Assembly: GCF_035084215.1 (NCBI RefSeq) | Contig: NC_090336.1 | Coordinates: 29,202,001-29,266,000 of the forward strand | DNA: 64,000 bases | From: Heptranchias perlo | Taxonomy: Eukaryota | Direction of reading: 5' to 3' | Part shown: piece by piece, positions 37,519 to 50,175 of the stretch | Position numbering within the stretch: position 1 is the stretch's first letter | How the letters are laid out: every line of letters begins with the position of its first letter | Translations under genes and position numbers: made by a program | Notes under the pieces: generated by a model | The model's input: only the letters and a program-made list of their open reading frames with translations | What the model was told of the DNA's origin: nothing | Databases searched by the model: none

Positions 37519-40500
37519 CTTAAACAACAATGCAGTGAAAATATATTAGCCAGCACACAAACTGATCTGAATCCACAGCAGCTAGTTCCTGAATGTGACA
37601 ATTTTTTTAAGTACATCATTCTAGATCCTAATTTAATCTCCCTATCGTACATATGTGAAACAAGAATTAACTTGACGTTATCAACTTAAAAAGGAAAAAT
37701 TCATTCATAGTTCAAATAATAAATTTCACAAGTTCTTCCATTGCTGTCCCATTTCCTCATGTTGTGCAAATAATTAAAAGGGGTGGCTTTTCATATGGTT
37801 TTTAATTTCAAACATTTTTATACTCCGCCTTTTTATAGTATTCGCTATGTGATGTCCACATGGATAATAAGGAAAATTATTTCTTGAAATGTAAGCAAGC
37901 TACATATTAAAGACTCTGTATTAATACATGAAATACCTTCCACACCTGCCAAGTGAAGTAAAGACTTCTTTTTTTCAGCTGATAGACCCTACTTCAACAC
38001 CAACCCATAATATTTAATCACCATTTTAGCTTATATCTTGTTAGATTATCATAATGAGGCCAGTCAATGTTAGTCAAATGGATTGTTAGAGAAAAAGACA
38101 ATACACAAATTGTGATTATTTGTTAAGAAATCATTACTTTTTCTACAGTTCAGTACAATAACAACAAATATTGACCATCTTTAAACAAATTGGCATGCAA
38201 GAGGTTAATAACCTGGTAGTTTTTATTTTAATATTTGTAGTTGTTCTTTATGAAGATGAAAAGGACATTACCGTTACATTTTTTCTTCCAGATATAAACT
38301 CCTAAACATGCTGCACAAATCAGCACAACAAATCCACAGATGCCTCCAATAATTGGTCCAATTTGTAATGATTCTGCTAAAGTATAAAACATACACAGCT
38401 CTTTGAAAACTTGTCAATAAATAAATTGTGTCATTTGCATACATTCATTAGAATTTATAACTATCCTGTTCTATTAATCAGATCTGTTCATTACCTTCTA
38501 CAAAATGGGATAGAAATTGGCATGCATTGTGTCTGTTTTTCAGGTGTGAAATGGGCGCAACAGAGTCCAGAGTTTAGGCATTGTAGCTGCTTTTTTGTCC
38601 TTGACTATCCCTTTTTATGTGCACTTTGTTAAGACAAGCTATAGTATGTAAACTATCCCTAAACTTGACATGCACAAAATAGGGAGCCGTGTTGAGGTAA
38701 TGCTAATTGACTGAAGAGCTGATTGAGGGAAGTGGAACGATAGAGATTCAAGTAAAGGAGAAAAATACATAGAACTTCAGAAAAAAGAAAGGGTAACTTT
38801 CTTGGACTTCAATAACTGACAGGGCCATGCAAACAGAAAATTCTACAAGGATGACAAGACAAAGTTTACACCCTGATTTCAACCAACCCTGATTGCTTCA
38901 GTTCTCCTAAAAATTGAGTTGAACTATCCTGAATATAGAACACAACATATCAGTCTCATAAATTCTATTTTTACAAAGTATTAAAAAACGTTGTGCAGTG
39001 CAGAAGAAAGCCACAATGTATTATGAGGCAAGTCCAACTAGTCTCAGATCAGCAGTTTTCCAGGGCCCACGTGAACAATGTGACCTGGGGCCTGAAAAGC
39101 TGATGTCTGCTCCAGAAGCAGATGGCTGGTAATTTCTGGATGCTATGTGTGAGGAATGCCATGGGAGCATCATTATTGAAAGAAAAGAAATTAGAAATGA
39201 AAGCTGTACTCTTCTTTAACCAGATCTTACCTTCAACTGGGTCAGTTTCCAGTGCAAAATTGTCAGGGAATGTTTTATGCATCACCACACATCTGTACTT
39301 AGTACGATCATCCAACATTGGTTCAATTCTTATTTTACTGGAAATGCTGAATGTCCCATCACTGTTCATAACTAGATCCTCAGTGGGTTGACTTGTTGAA
39401 ATATTTTCCATTTTTCCATTTGATAACTTTAACCAACTGATATCAATCTGCTTAGGATAAAATTCCTTAACATCACATGTCACAAAGGTTTCTGTACCAT
39501 TTGCAGTCATAACTTTTTGTGTGGAAGTGCTGACTTTTGGTTGGGCTGTGTAAGAGAGAACAGGATATGGGAGTCATTAGTACATTACCATATATCAAGC
39601 TAGATCTTACTGATTCTTGCTCTGAGAAACCAGAAAAATACAACCTAGTTATATCAGAAAAGCTACTGCACTGCTTCTTCTGTCCTTCACTCCCTTCATA
39701 CCTTTTTCTTGGTTTTCTTTTCAAATTTCTTCCCATCTTTGTTGGAAACACTGTGGGGGATGGTTTTTGTGTCCAAATATTCCCTGTTTACATCTATTTT
39801 TGGCATGCAGATGGGGTGTAGAAGACAAAGAAATCAGGTGAAAAGGAATCCCACTGGATTGCCACCTAATCTCAGCCCTCCACCAATTTCAAGAACATCA
39901 GCTCCACTGTGACGAGCGAAACCTCAATCCTCCATTGACACAGTCCCAGCTGCAAACCTCACAACCTCATGACACTGAAGTAGCTCCACATAGGAGATTA
40001 AGATCAAATATGGAAACAGTTTGTCACATGGGTTAGTCACAGTGATAAGTGGTCGTAGTAGTAGTGGTAGTAGGGCACAATGAAAGGATAATATGGTACT
40101 TTTCTGGTAACTTTGTATACATGTGTATTTCTTCCCAGGAAGGCCTCCTGTCATCCCTGCTTTTGGTGATTGATGTTTGTAATTGCCCTCTTCCAGAGAT
40201 AATATCAGAGGTATTACAGATTAGCTGAACGGTTTTCTGAGCGCAAGGCAAGGGACTGTAAAGGGTTTTATTGTGTCATGCGGATGGAGGGCACCCTCTA
40301 CATTGGATGATGACCTCTTGCCTGGGGACATGTGGTGCTGGCCCACCCCTTCTTTCTCCTGGGCTTCTTCATTATGAGCAGGGGATTAGTCTTCAACACC
40401 TTCTTTGTCTTCATCTCCTATGTTTGGAAGGCCCAATCCCCTTGTAACAGCGAAATTATGGAAGATGCAACAAACCACTAGAATTCTGGACATCCTGCTG

Positions 40501-43500
40501 GACTATACTGCAGGGCTCCCCGATGGTCTGTTCCACAATGATCCTGATAGTACCCAAGGCCTCACTGAATCTGTTTTCTGCTTCAGTACTTGGATTTTGA
40601 AATGCAAGGCTGAAGCTGGTACCCTGGTCTCCTATCACCCACCCTATCACCTTGCTCTGGCTGATCAGTGCAGATATCCTGGATTAAGAATAAGCATCAT
40701 GGCTATTCCCCGGGTCACAGGCGTTGCCGTGCATAATGAGATGGCTAACCTCACTCACTGGTCATTCAGGGAACGAATTCCATCCCTTCCTTCCCTCATT
40801 CTCCCCTCCTTATCCATGGTAGAGATTCTCATCACCACAGCCCTGAACTCTGGAACTCTCTCCCTGAATCTCTTCACCTTGTGATCTCTTTCACTACCTT
40901 CAAAATCGTTCTCATTTACCGTGCTTTACGTTTCTTTCCCTTGCTTGTCTCCTAAAGTGCCATGGGTTGTTTTGTTACATTAAAGAAGTTATACCAATGT
41001 TTTTTTGTTGTTAAAGTCCTTTTTTTCCCCATTTTTTCCTTTCTTGATTTGTTCCCCTCTTTCGCTGAAGGCTTTGACACATTCGTGGGATTTGACTTTA
41101 TGGGTGTTGGCCACCTCCAGTACCTTCCCAAGTGGTACTTATTAATGAATTAGGCTTGATGTGAGTGTTAGCGGGCTATTTGACAGTAAAGGGTATTTCC
41201 TCACTTTACACACACTTCCAGAAGTGGTTTCTGCATTGTAATCAGGACCAGAATCCCAGACGAATTTTCCTTCCCTTAACTTATGTTTACTGAGGCCAAA
41301 TCTAGCAGCCTGATTGCTGCCCCAACTGAGGTTGGTTAACTTTGTAAAGACTGCATTCTTCATGGTCTGTATCGCTCAGTTACTGACTGGTATGCTCATT
41401 GTGTCATCAGGGAAGCCAGAATGTTGATGTTTGCAAAACAATGTTGCCATTTTTAGGTTGCAAACAAATATTATTGCTTATAGCAGCAAATGCCCAGTAC
41501 TGTGAATGTAACGGGAAATTATATAACAAAGCAGAAAAATGATTTTTCTCTCTTACCTGATACTCGCATTACTGAACTCTTTTGTTCTTTCTGGGGAGTA
41601 ACGAAAACAATGCAGGTGTATTTTCCTTCTTCATTAAGTTGTACATTTGGAAGGTAAAGTGAAGCATTTCCTTTCCGTAAAGCGGCGTCAGAAATCTTTG
41701 CTCCATTTCTCTCTGGGGAATGTTTCCCTCCATCAAATATATACACTCTTCTCTTTACTTGCGATTCAAAAACCCATTCAACAGCTACATGTTTGAGGTC
41801 AAGTTCTGGTTTATTGTAGCCAGTTACTCTGCATTTTAGAAGAGCATCTTCATTTACCGAAACTTCCAGCGGAGAGGGAAATATCTCCAATTCTAAAGTG
41901 CCTTAAAAATAATTTAATATTTTAAAAAATTAATACATATAAAAGTACCTTTTATTTGAAATAGATGCAAAATTATAGAAGGAGTTTTAAAATTTTTAGC
42001 TGTTGTTCCACACAACAAAAAAAGACATTTGAAAACTGATTGCTACAAAGTATCAATTCTGTAACAATTTCCTGTAAATAGTTGCCCATATTTCTAGTAA
42101 ACTTTCATTTTTAGACAGTGAAAGGTTTTCTTTCTTAAGAATATAAATTTTATAGGTTTGGAGTCTTTCCATAAAATAAAGTATGTAAAATATTTTTGAT
42201 TCTGATTCTGTCTTACTGCGCTAACATGTTCCAGTCCTGTATCTCCTACTGTAATACCATAGTTTTAAAAATTTCTTCAGCAAGGGTAAATTACAGGCAA
42301 GTTTCACACTGACTACAGTTACACCATTACTAGTGCAAACCAAAATGGGGATGGGGGCGTTCCAATCTAATTTGTATCAATACAGCTCCAAACTAATACT
42401 GTATATTTACACTGCACTATTGGCAGCAGCACTCCTGATCTCCTTAAGAAAACACACCAGGGATCATTTATTTATGTCAGCATCACAAATTTGCTCAAAT
42501 GAAAATTGCTAAGTTCCAATTTGTAAATAACTTTACAGATTGTCACATCTATTTAGTCAGTATTCTACTATGTCAGCTGACAAACGATAGTAAAGTACAA
42601 CTGCTCATAACCATATATGATTTTTTTTATGATCAAAAGCCTTCAAAACAATAATGAACTCCTGAAATAATACAAACGGTTAATGTACTCATACTATATT
42701 ATGCAGGTGTTGGTCCACTTAAAAACTAATACGCACAGCAACATAGTGTGAGCGGCTTTTATACTTGAACTTTGGTGAACAGAAGTATCAATATTTACGT
42801 CTATAAGTACATGTATAAAAAGTGCTACAACTGCACCACTGCATAAGCCTGTGTAAAGTAATTTTTTTTAAAGTTAAAGTAAAATTTTTTAAAAATTAAA
42901 AACATGATAGTTTCAAAAAGAAATTTCCTTTATTTTCATTATTTTTCAGAGCAAGTTTGAGGAGCAATGCTTCAATATGATACAATTGGACATTATTTGG
43001 ATTGAACATTAATAGTCTTTATTGTAAGTTACATTCAATTTTAAATTATTATTAGTCTAGTGGTTACGGTACTGGACCAGCAACCCAGAGGTTGTGAATT
43101 CACAATCCCACTATGGCAAAGTTGTGAAACTGAATTCAATAAATAAATTTGTGTGCTGGCACCGGAAAATGACGTATCGTAAAAACCCAACTGGTTCACT
43201 AATGTCCTTCAGGGAAGGAAACCTATCACCACTGCTTGGTCTGGCCGACATGTAACTCCAGTCTCACACTATCGGGATAAATTTAACTTTTGGAGATGGT
43301 GGAAAATAAGCAGGAGCAGATCGGTCACCATTATACAATTCCAATATTCCTTTTCATTGATGTTAACGAAAGCAAAATTGGATGGGATGTATAATGGGTC
43401 GAAAAATTAGAATAAATTCAGCAAATAATATCATAGAATTTTACAGTACAGAAGGTGATTCGACTCTCTGAAAGAGCTATCCACTTAGTCCTAGTCCCCT

Positions 43501-46500
43501 GTTTTTTCCATACCTGTATAAATTTTTCCTTTTCAAATATTTCTCCACTTTCCTTTAAAAACCATTATGGATTCTGCTTCCACCATTGTCTCTGGTCGAG
43601 CATTCAATACCCTAACAGTCCTCTGCATAATTTCTCCTTTCCTCCACCATTGATCTTCTGCTGATAATTTTATGCTGACTCACCAACCAGTGGAAATAAT
43701 TTTTCCCAATTTACCTTATCAAAATCCCTTGTAACGTGTATCAGATCACCTTTTAACCTTTGTTTTAAGAAAAGAGCCCTAGTTTCTCCAGTGTCAATAC
43801 AGATCTAAAGCCTTCCATCCTGGTAGCATTTTGGTGAATATCTTCTGCAGCCTTTCAATGGGCTCAATGTCATTTCTAAAGTAAAACGGCCAAAACTGGA
43901 CACAATATTCTAACTGCAGTCAAACCAATGATTTGTATGAGTTCAGCATTACCTTTTTACTTTTGCATCCTGTACGCCTATTTATAAAATCAAGAATCAC
44001 CTATTTTTCTTTACAACTGATCCTCCTATTTTTAAAGATTTATGTATTTGAACCCTTAAATCTTGGTCTGCTCCTCTACTCCATTTAAAGTTTAACCATT
44101 AGTATATGTATACGTATAATATGTATATGTCCTTTCTTTATTCAGGCTCCCAAAATGTATCACTTTGCATTTCACTGCACTGAATTTCATCTGACATCTG
44201 CCCAATCTACAACAACAACTTGCATTTATATAGCACCTTTAACATAGAAAACGTTCCAAAGTGCTTCACAGAGGTGTAATCAGAGAAAAATTGATGCTGA
44301 GCCAAAGGAGGTATTAGGATGGGTGACCCAGAGTTTGGTCAAAGAGGTGGTTTTAAAGAGGGTGTTTAAGAAGGAGAGGGAGGTGGAAAGGAGGAGGGGT
44401 TTAGATAGGACATTCCAGAGCATGGGTCCAAACAGCAAAAGGCATGGCCACCATACGCTCCATAGTGCCATCATTTTGTTTGCAGTTGCCCTCTATCAAG
44501 TTGTTGTCTTTGTCACAGCTATTGAATACTGAATATCTGTTTGTCAGTGCACCATTCGAAGGAGATCCCTGCACTGTCTCCTGTCTATTCTTCCTACCCA
44601 GATGGATGGTTTCCCCAACCCCCACTTTCCCTGCCACCCACCCCACTTTCCCTTCCTCAATACCTCACTCAATTGGAGGAACTTGCTGCACTTGTTGTCA
44701 TCCCGGGCACACAAAATATCCAGGACTTCTCATTATTCAGGTATTATATATCATCATCCTCAGTGCATCCCCACCCCACCCACCCGAATGCTAAATTTAA
44801 TTATTTGCTCTTAAAAGATTAAGAACATCAAATATAACTTAGTGACTGACTCCTCAAATATAATTCCTAATATAAAAATGTAAACTGAAAATACACAGTC
44901 AATTTGCAATATCATCATGGGATGTCCTGAAGTTGTGAAAGGCACTATATAAATGTAGGTTCTTGAGGGGAAAGCTAAACCTTATCCAAAAAAGCAAATT
45001 TTAAAAATCCATTCTCAGTGCCAGCTGTTTACCGTGGCACTGAAGACACTCCCCAGGTCCAAAAAGACAACGCAAAATCGTTGAGCAGAAATTGATAGCC
45101 AAGTTCTGCACCCATGAGGATGGCCTCAACCGGGATCTTGGGTTCATGTCGCGCTACACGTAACCCCACCAGCGGGAAAAAAAAGTTATCTGTTTTTAAT
45201 ACAACTGGTCATTCTCTCTCTTTCTCTTCCTTTCGGATGTTTCTCTCTCTCTCTCTCTCTCCCTCTCTTTCTTTGGTTCTGGCCGTTTGTATATTCAGTT
45301 GTCTGGGGTATCTAAGGTTTCTCTGTCTGAACACTATTCAATTAATTTGATGGCCTTGATAATGGGCAGTTGGAAAGATTATCTGTAATCACCAGGCATT
45401 GTTCTATGACTATATATGCGGTAATTTTCAATGAATCTCGACACTCACCTGACGAAGGAGAAAGCCTCCGAAAGCTTGTGATTTTTAAATAAAACTGTTG
45501 GACTATAACCTGGTGTTGTAAGATTCCTTACATTTGAACACCAGGTTATAGTCCAACAGCTTTATTTGAAATCACAAGCTTTCGGAGCTTTCCTCCTTCG
45601 TCAGGTGATGTCAGGTCGGGTGCCACCCAGCCGGGATCCTTTCAGCAAGCTGAAGGGCTACGTCTGGCATTATCATCTATTCTGAGGCTGTTAAATCAGC
45701 TCACCACAGGACTCCCAGCTAACAGTGTATAAAGGTAAAGCTCAAACAAGGTTCAGAGTAGAGGATCCCTCAGAAGTCTGCAGAAGGCAGGATCTGTGGG
45801 ATCCAAGAGGGTGAGGGCTATGAGAACCGTGAGAAGTGAGAGGGAAAGGCACGAGCTCTACCCAGAGTGGAAGCGGGTAATATATCTTCAGTTTCCATCC
45901 AGCAGACTGCTGCTTATATACTGAGTGTATTCTTCATAGTAAAGTATGTGCCACCGTAACCAATTGGGGTCAACTCGAAACTTTTGGAACAGGGAAGTGA
46001 GTCGTGGAGCAGGGGCTCGCTAAGCGGTTGTAGACCGTCTATATCACAAAACTGGTCGCGCCCCCAGGTCAAAATTGCGAGACTCCGCCGCTTGTGCTGG
46101 TTCTGGAAGGATCTTCAAATTGTGCTCATTTTCTTAGGCGCTCAGGCATTGTGGGCATGTTTTTAAGTTTTTTCATATCAACAAATATTCACATTACTAA
46201 GAAACTGACTAGTGTACACCAATGAAACTATTAAATGGTTCAGTATAGTTTTTAAAAATCATTTTCAGTGATTTTAAATCAGGTTACTCACAGGCAGAGG
46301 ACTGTTTATTTTTGGTGATAAACCCATTTCCAGCTGTAATAATAAAACTGCACTCTTAAATACATCAAGGGATAGTTTTTAATGACACTGCCTGATTGCG
46401 CTGGTATTTGGAAGATTTTGCCTTTGTGAGTATGCAAATGAATTTTAGCAGAAACTTGAAATGTAACCTAACCAGCACAATTTCAAGTGTACGTTGGGTG

Positions 46501-47475
46501 GAGTCAATAAATCAAAGCGGAAACTCTGCCCCATTGTACTTAATTTTACAAATATTAGTGGCGTTCTATTACAGTGCAACATTTAATTTGACAACGATTA
46601 GTAACATTGTATTACAGTGCAACATTAAATCCTACCACAGCGATTCATGATTGAAAGAGTACTCATTATTATGGCAATAATCTTTACATTTAAAAAAAAT
46701 TCTGTTAAAAGAGTAAACAGAAGGGCAAAATACATAAAAGTATGAGCTTAGATGTGCAAAGTTCTTAAGTATCAGAAAAGTATAAATTAAATACTATTCT
46801 GTTTCTATAACATTAGATATTATCGGTGGGTTGTGACAGTGTACAGTCCAGTTCAACGGAAAAACTTCAAACTTTTCTATTTGTGCTTTCAGTTTGTGAC
46901 CACACAAGTTTGTAAAGTAATAGAAGTTGTTAAAGAAAAATCAGATCAGTAATATTCACTTGATGGAGAAATTGAAAGCAAAATGACAACACAAAAGCTC
47001 ATCTTTGAACTGGAAACTCCAATATTATAATGTCCCCCCCCCCCGCCCCCGATATATATCTGAAAACCTGCAGTTTAACAGTGTCTTAGAATTATTGCCT
47101 GTTTTACATTCCTTATTACACAGCTATTTATTAATTGAGGACCGACACTTAAGAATCATTATACTGCACAACCCTTTTTGTTGCGTCCAAATAAAACCCA
47201 AGACTACGAGTATTTCAATTACTGAACGTTTTGGTAAACCGTTGGTTAAAAAAACCTCCATGTAGCACAGAGGGGGACTAACCTCTGTGCTTGGACGGAG
47301 AATTGGTCTGAAGCAAAATAAAAGGTCGAGTTTATGATCCCGAACTACGTTAAATGGTTGTTTGTCTCGGCTTCCAGTGCCATACAATCTGACCCAAGAG
47401 AAACCAGAACCCTGGTATTTTACCTGATAATGAAATGAAGGACACGATGACAACAGACAAAAATAAGATCTTCAT
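37441..47475 (-). CDS. NCR3LG1: Spliced B7-family type I membrane protein (leader-IgV-IgC1-TM-cytoplasmic), NCR3LG1/B7-H6-like; span of the confidently joined exons
   Basis: Five exons with AG/GT boundaries, all phase 1, join into one open frame: MKILFLSVVIVSFISLS-GTLELEIFPSPLEV...-AQPKVSTS...-AESLQIGPIIGGICGFVVLICAACLGVYIWKKKCN-GQTKPQESEDATGKPLLEKKVPQSER. Family assigned from the V+C1+TM architecture and motif resemblance; tapasin-related identity not excluded. Confidence 0.7.
38272..38376 (-). CDS. Transmembrane exon (105 nt)
   Basis: ctttag|CAG (NAGNAG) acceptor, ACG|gtaatg donor; IIGGICGFVVLICAACLGVYIW followed by KKK stop-transfer. Confidence 0.88.
39231..39545 (-). CDS. IgC1 domain exon (315 nt)
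   Basis: ttacacag|CC acceptor, AAG|gtaaga donor; VTCDVKEFYPKQIDISW...NSDGTFSISS...YRCVVMH C1-set motifs. Confidence 0.93.
41557..41901 (-). CDS. IgV domain exon (345 nt)
   Basis: ttttaag|GC acceptor, CAG|gtaaga donor; LKC...VAVEW...GNASLYLPNVQLNEEGKYTC canonical V-set motifs. Confidence 0.93.
43430..44200 (-). mobile_element. Highly decayed CR1 3' fragment
   Basis: Residual CR1 RT/3' similarity (CAAAACTGGACACAATATTC, TCACTTTGCATTT). Confidence 0.55.
44208..44445 (-). mobile_element. L2-type LINE/SINE 3' end with (CAA)n tail
   Basis: ACAACAACAACTTGCATTTATATAGCACCTTT terminus. Confidence 0.6.
45260..45607. mobile_element. Penelope pLTR remnant with inverted duplicate
   Basis: Same family as 34894-35060; 45446-45518 inverted relative to 45537-45607. 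Confidence 0.75.
45446..45480 (+). ncRNA. Minimal type I hammerhead ribozyme (inverted copy 45573-45607)
   Basis: CAC-CUGACGA-A-GGAG-AAAGC-CUCC-GAA-AGCU-U-GUG. Confidence 0.72.
46960..47002 (-). CDS. Duplicated alternative leader exon MSFCVVILLSISPS(S)
   Basis: Shares TTCCAGTTCAAAGATGA with exon 1, hydrophobic, phase-1 donor CAA|gtgaat (weak), own GC box at about 47034-47050. Confidence 0.45.
47424..47475 (-). CDS. Exon 1: signal peptide MKILFLSVVIVSFISLS(G)
   Basis: ATG in AAAGATGA context, hydrophobic 17 aa, phase-1 donor CAG|gtaaaa; GC box and ISRE just upstream. Confidence 0.85.
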
Positions 47476-47549
47476 CTTTGAACTGGAAAATCCAACAATT
47501 TTCTCCCCTGGGCGGAGATCCTTGAATACCTGCAGCCCAGTATCGGATG

Positions 47550-47566
47550 ATTTTCACTTTCACTTA
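47550..47566 (-). promoter_or_regulatory. ISRE/IRF-binding element AAGTGAAAGTGAAAA
   Basis: Matches the IRF consensus GAAANNGAAA, about 75 nt upstream of the leader ATG; GGGCGG box at about 47510. Confidence 0.65.
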
Positions 47567-48974
47567 TCACGCCCAGCTATGTGTTGCTGGTGCGACTGTT
47601 CCAAGGACTTTTCGCAGCAAGCTGGGGCAAACATTCACTGGAATCTTTGTAAACTGACATGTAACTTATACTCTTTAAAGTTAAATGCAAGGGAATATTC
47701 TCGTTTGTTTTCTGCTGATGAAATTGTTCAACTGGTTGGTTTTACACGATTGTTTTTGTCCGACAACTCCCAACATATTCCTGGACTCATGGCAAACACT
47801 CCCCAGCCCAACTCAGTTTTCACTGTCCAGGTTTAAATGACCTTTTCAACGAGAAAGAATTATTACCACTGGCAAGAGAACATGTTCAGGCTGAGTAGAT
47901 AGCATTTATTTCATTGAGTGTATTTTATTTTTAAAGAAGAGACAATGTGAATGGTGGAGGAAAATTTAATCAACGAGCATCCTGCTCCTTCCTGGTTCTT
48001 CCATTGCACTGCATCGTGTTTGCAGAAATCTTCCAACCCTGAACCACGGTGTGCCCCTCCTCCTCCACTATTGGTGGCAAAGCCTTCAGCCATTTCATGC
48101 TCTCAGTCAGTGTTTGGGGCGTTTGGTCTGCATGCTTGACAACATTCAGCGTAGCTGGGCTCAGTGTCACTTCAGCTTGTGTCTGGCTGCCAATGTATAC
48201 TGCACCAGATCTGGGTAATCTCAACACCGCTGCTAGTGCCAGGGTAGGGATTGCAGATTTCTGCATACTGTAGGCAGGAACTTTCACAAGAACAGTCCCT
48301 CAGTTTTCCCGACGCTGACGGGAAAAAGCCACCTGGTCCAGTATATTTAAATAGGACGGTGACTGAGCAGAACAGTGGGTGGATGGCAATTAAATGGAAC
48401 AAATGGTAAGAGGCAAATAGATGGCAATGAAAGGAAGAAGTGGGTGAAAGTGAAAGAGGACAAATAGTCGTAATGAATGGGCAATTGAAGAGAGAAATAG
48501 ATGGCAATAAAAGGGGGGAGTGGGTGGAAGTGAAGAGTAAAATGAAAAGGGGGGATTAAGGGGAGAAGGAAGGAGAAATGGTAACAAAGGGGAGGAAAGG
48601 GGGAAAATCTGAGAGTAGTGCTTTTGGGATAGGGTGAGGAGGAGAGACGTTCAGAGCAGCATTTTGGAGTAGGGGAGTTGGGAGAGTATCAGCATGAACT
48701 TGAGGGAGGGTGAATAGGAAGAGTACTAGCTTTAACTGGGGAGTGGAAGAAGAATACCAGCTTTACTAGGCTAGAGGGGGAGAAGAATGCCTGGTTGAAT
48801 TGACGGAGGAACAGTATGAACTGGGAGGGTTGAGCGAGAATAGGGTGTCTCTATGAAAGATTCGTGAATTGGATGGGGTACAGCATCTCTGTGAATTGGG
48901 CCTGGAGGGGGTAGATTGCCTTTGTGAACTGAGGCAAGGGGGTCAGATGTAGGAGAGTGACTGTGGGGATAACA

Positions 48975-49322
48975 TTTGGGAAAATTGTTTCCCCTGGCTG
49001 GAGAGTCTAGAACTAAGGGGCACAGTTGCAGGATAAGGGGTCAGCCATTTAAGACTGAGATAAGGATGAAGTTCTTCACACAGAGGATTGTGAATCTTTG
49101 GAATTCTCTACCCCAGGGGGCTGTGGATGCTGAATCATTGAATACATTCAAGGCTGAGATAGATAGATTTTTGGACTCTAGGGTAATCAAGGATTATGGG
49201 GATCGAGCAGGAAAATGGAGTTGAGGTCGAAGACCAGACATGATCTTATTGAATGGTGGAGCAGGCTTGAGGGACCGTATGACCTATTCTTCCTCCTATT
49301 TCTTATGTTTTTATGTTCTTAA
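48975..49322 (+). mobile_element. CR1 3' fragment
   Basis: KTEIRMKFFTQRIVNLWNSLP and TTCTTATG tail. Confidence 0.88.
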
Positions 49323-49435
49323 GTGTTGGTCTGGTTGGTCTGTTGAAAATCCAAGTGTCACTGTTTCTTCTTTTAAAAAAATGAAATTCTATATTTTGTG
49401 AAATATAAAAATGCTTAAAATTAACCCAGAATTAC

Positions 49436-50172
49436 GGGCCAGAAATTGCTTTCACAGTAACGGCGAGTCTAACAGCGCCCGAAAATGTTCACTCAAACAC
49501 AGAAATCCAGAACTTGTTCTGCCTGGTTTGATGCCGATCTGACAGCTTCACCTTAAAGGGACATTGCCGGCTGCAGTCAATGGAATCAATGGACCAGCGT
49601 CAACTTGTTGTCCTGCCCAGCTGGAAACCAACTAATATCGCCACAAAACAGGAGCGCTCAGTTTTTTAAGTCTAAACTAAGTTTTAACAGTGTGGTAAGT
49701 TTTAATAACTGCCAAAGAACTTCTCTGGTACTAAAAATTAACTTTTAAAAATGTGGAGTCTCATTACTCGTGATTTTAATAGCGTTTGGATATTTAAAAT
49801 AACATTTAAATTTTTTTTTTAACTTTTTGCTTCTGTCTCTTTTATCTCAGTCTTTTAATCTTATCCTGTGTTTATTTGCTTTCTCTATGTCACTTTATAA
49901 TACTTTATCGAACATATCCGTGTTTTTAGTTTGTGCAGTTTGTGAATGAACTGCATTTCCTGGTTCTCACAGAGTGGTTTGCTTCAAGCTGATTGGTTGA
50001 GGGGCCTTAGCGATCCTTTCACCAATCACACAGCCCAGGAAGGAACGCTGATGTTATTTGAACTCACGGTTCAAGGAAGTTGCCGGCAAAAAACATGGTA
50101 ATTTATTGGGTTAATTTAAATCGAATCAGTGGCGACCTCTGCTGATTCGCCACTCGGAGCAATTCATGGGCC
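49436..50172. mobile_element. Non-autonomous TIR element (Harbinger-like MITE)
   Basis: GGGCCAGAAATTGCT ... AGCAATTCATGGGCC. Confidence 0.6.
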
Positions 50173-50175
50173 AAT

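Noticed and set aside
48350-48970. Purine-rich stretch with hydrophobic antisense ORFs
   Set aside because: Low-complexity composition explains the ORFs.
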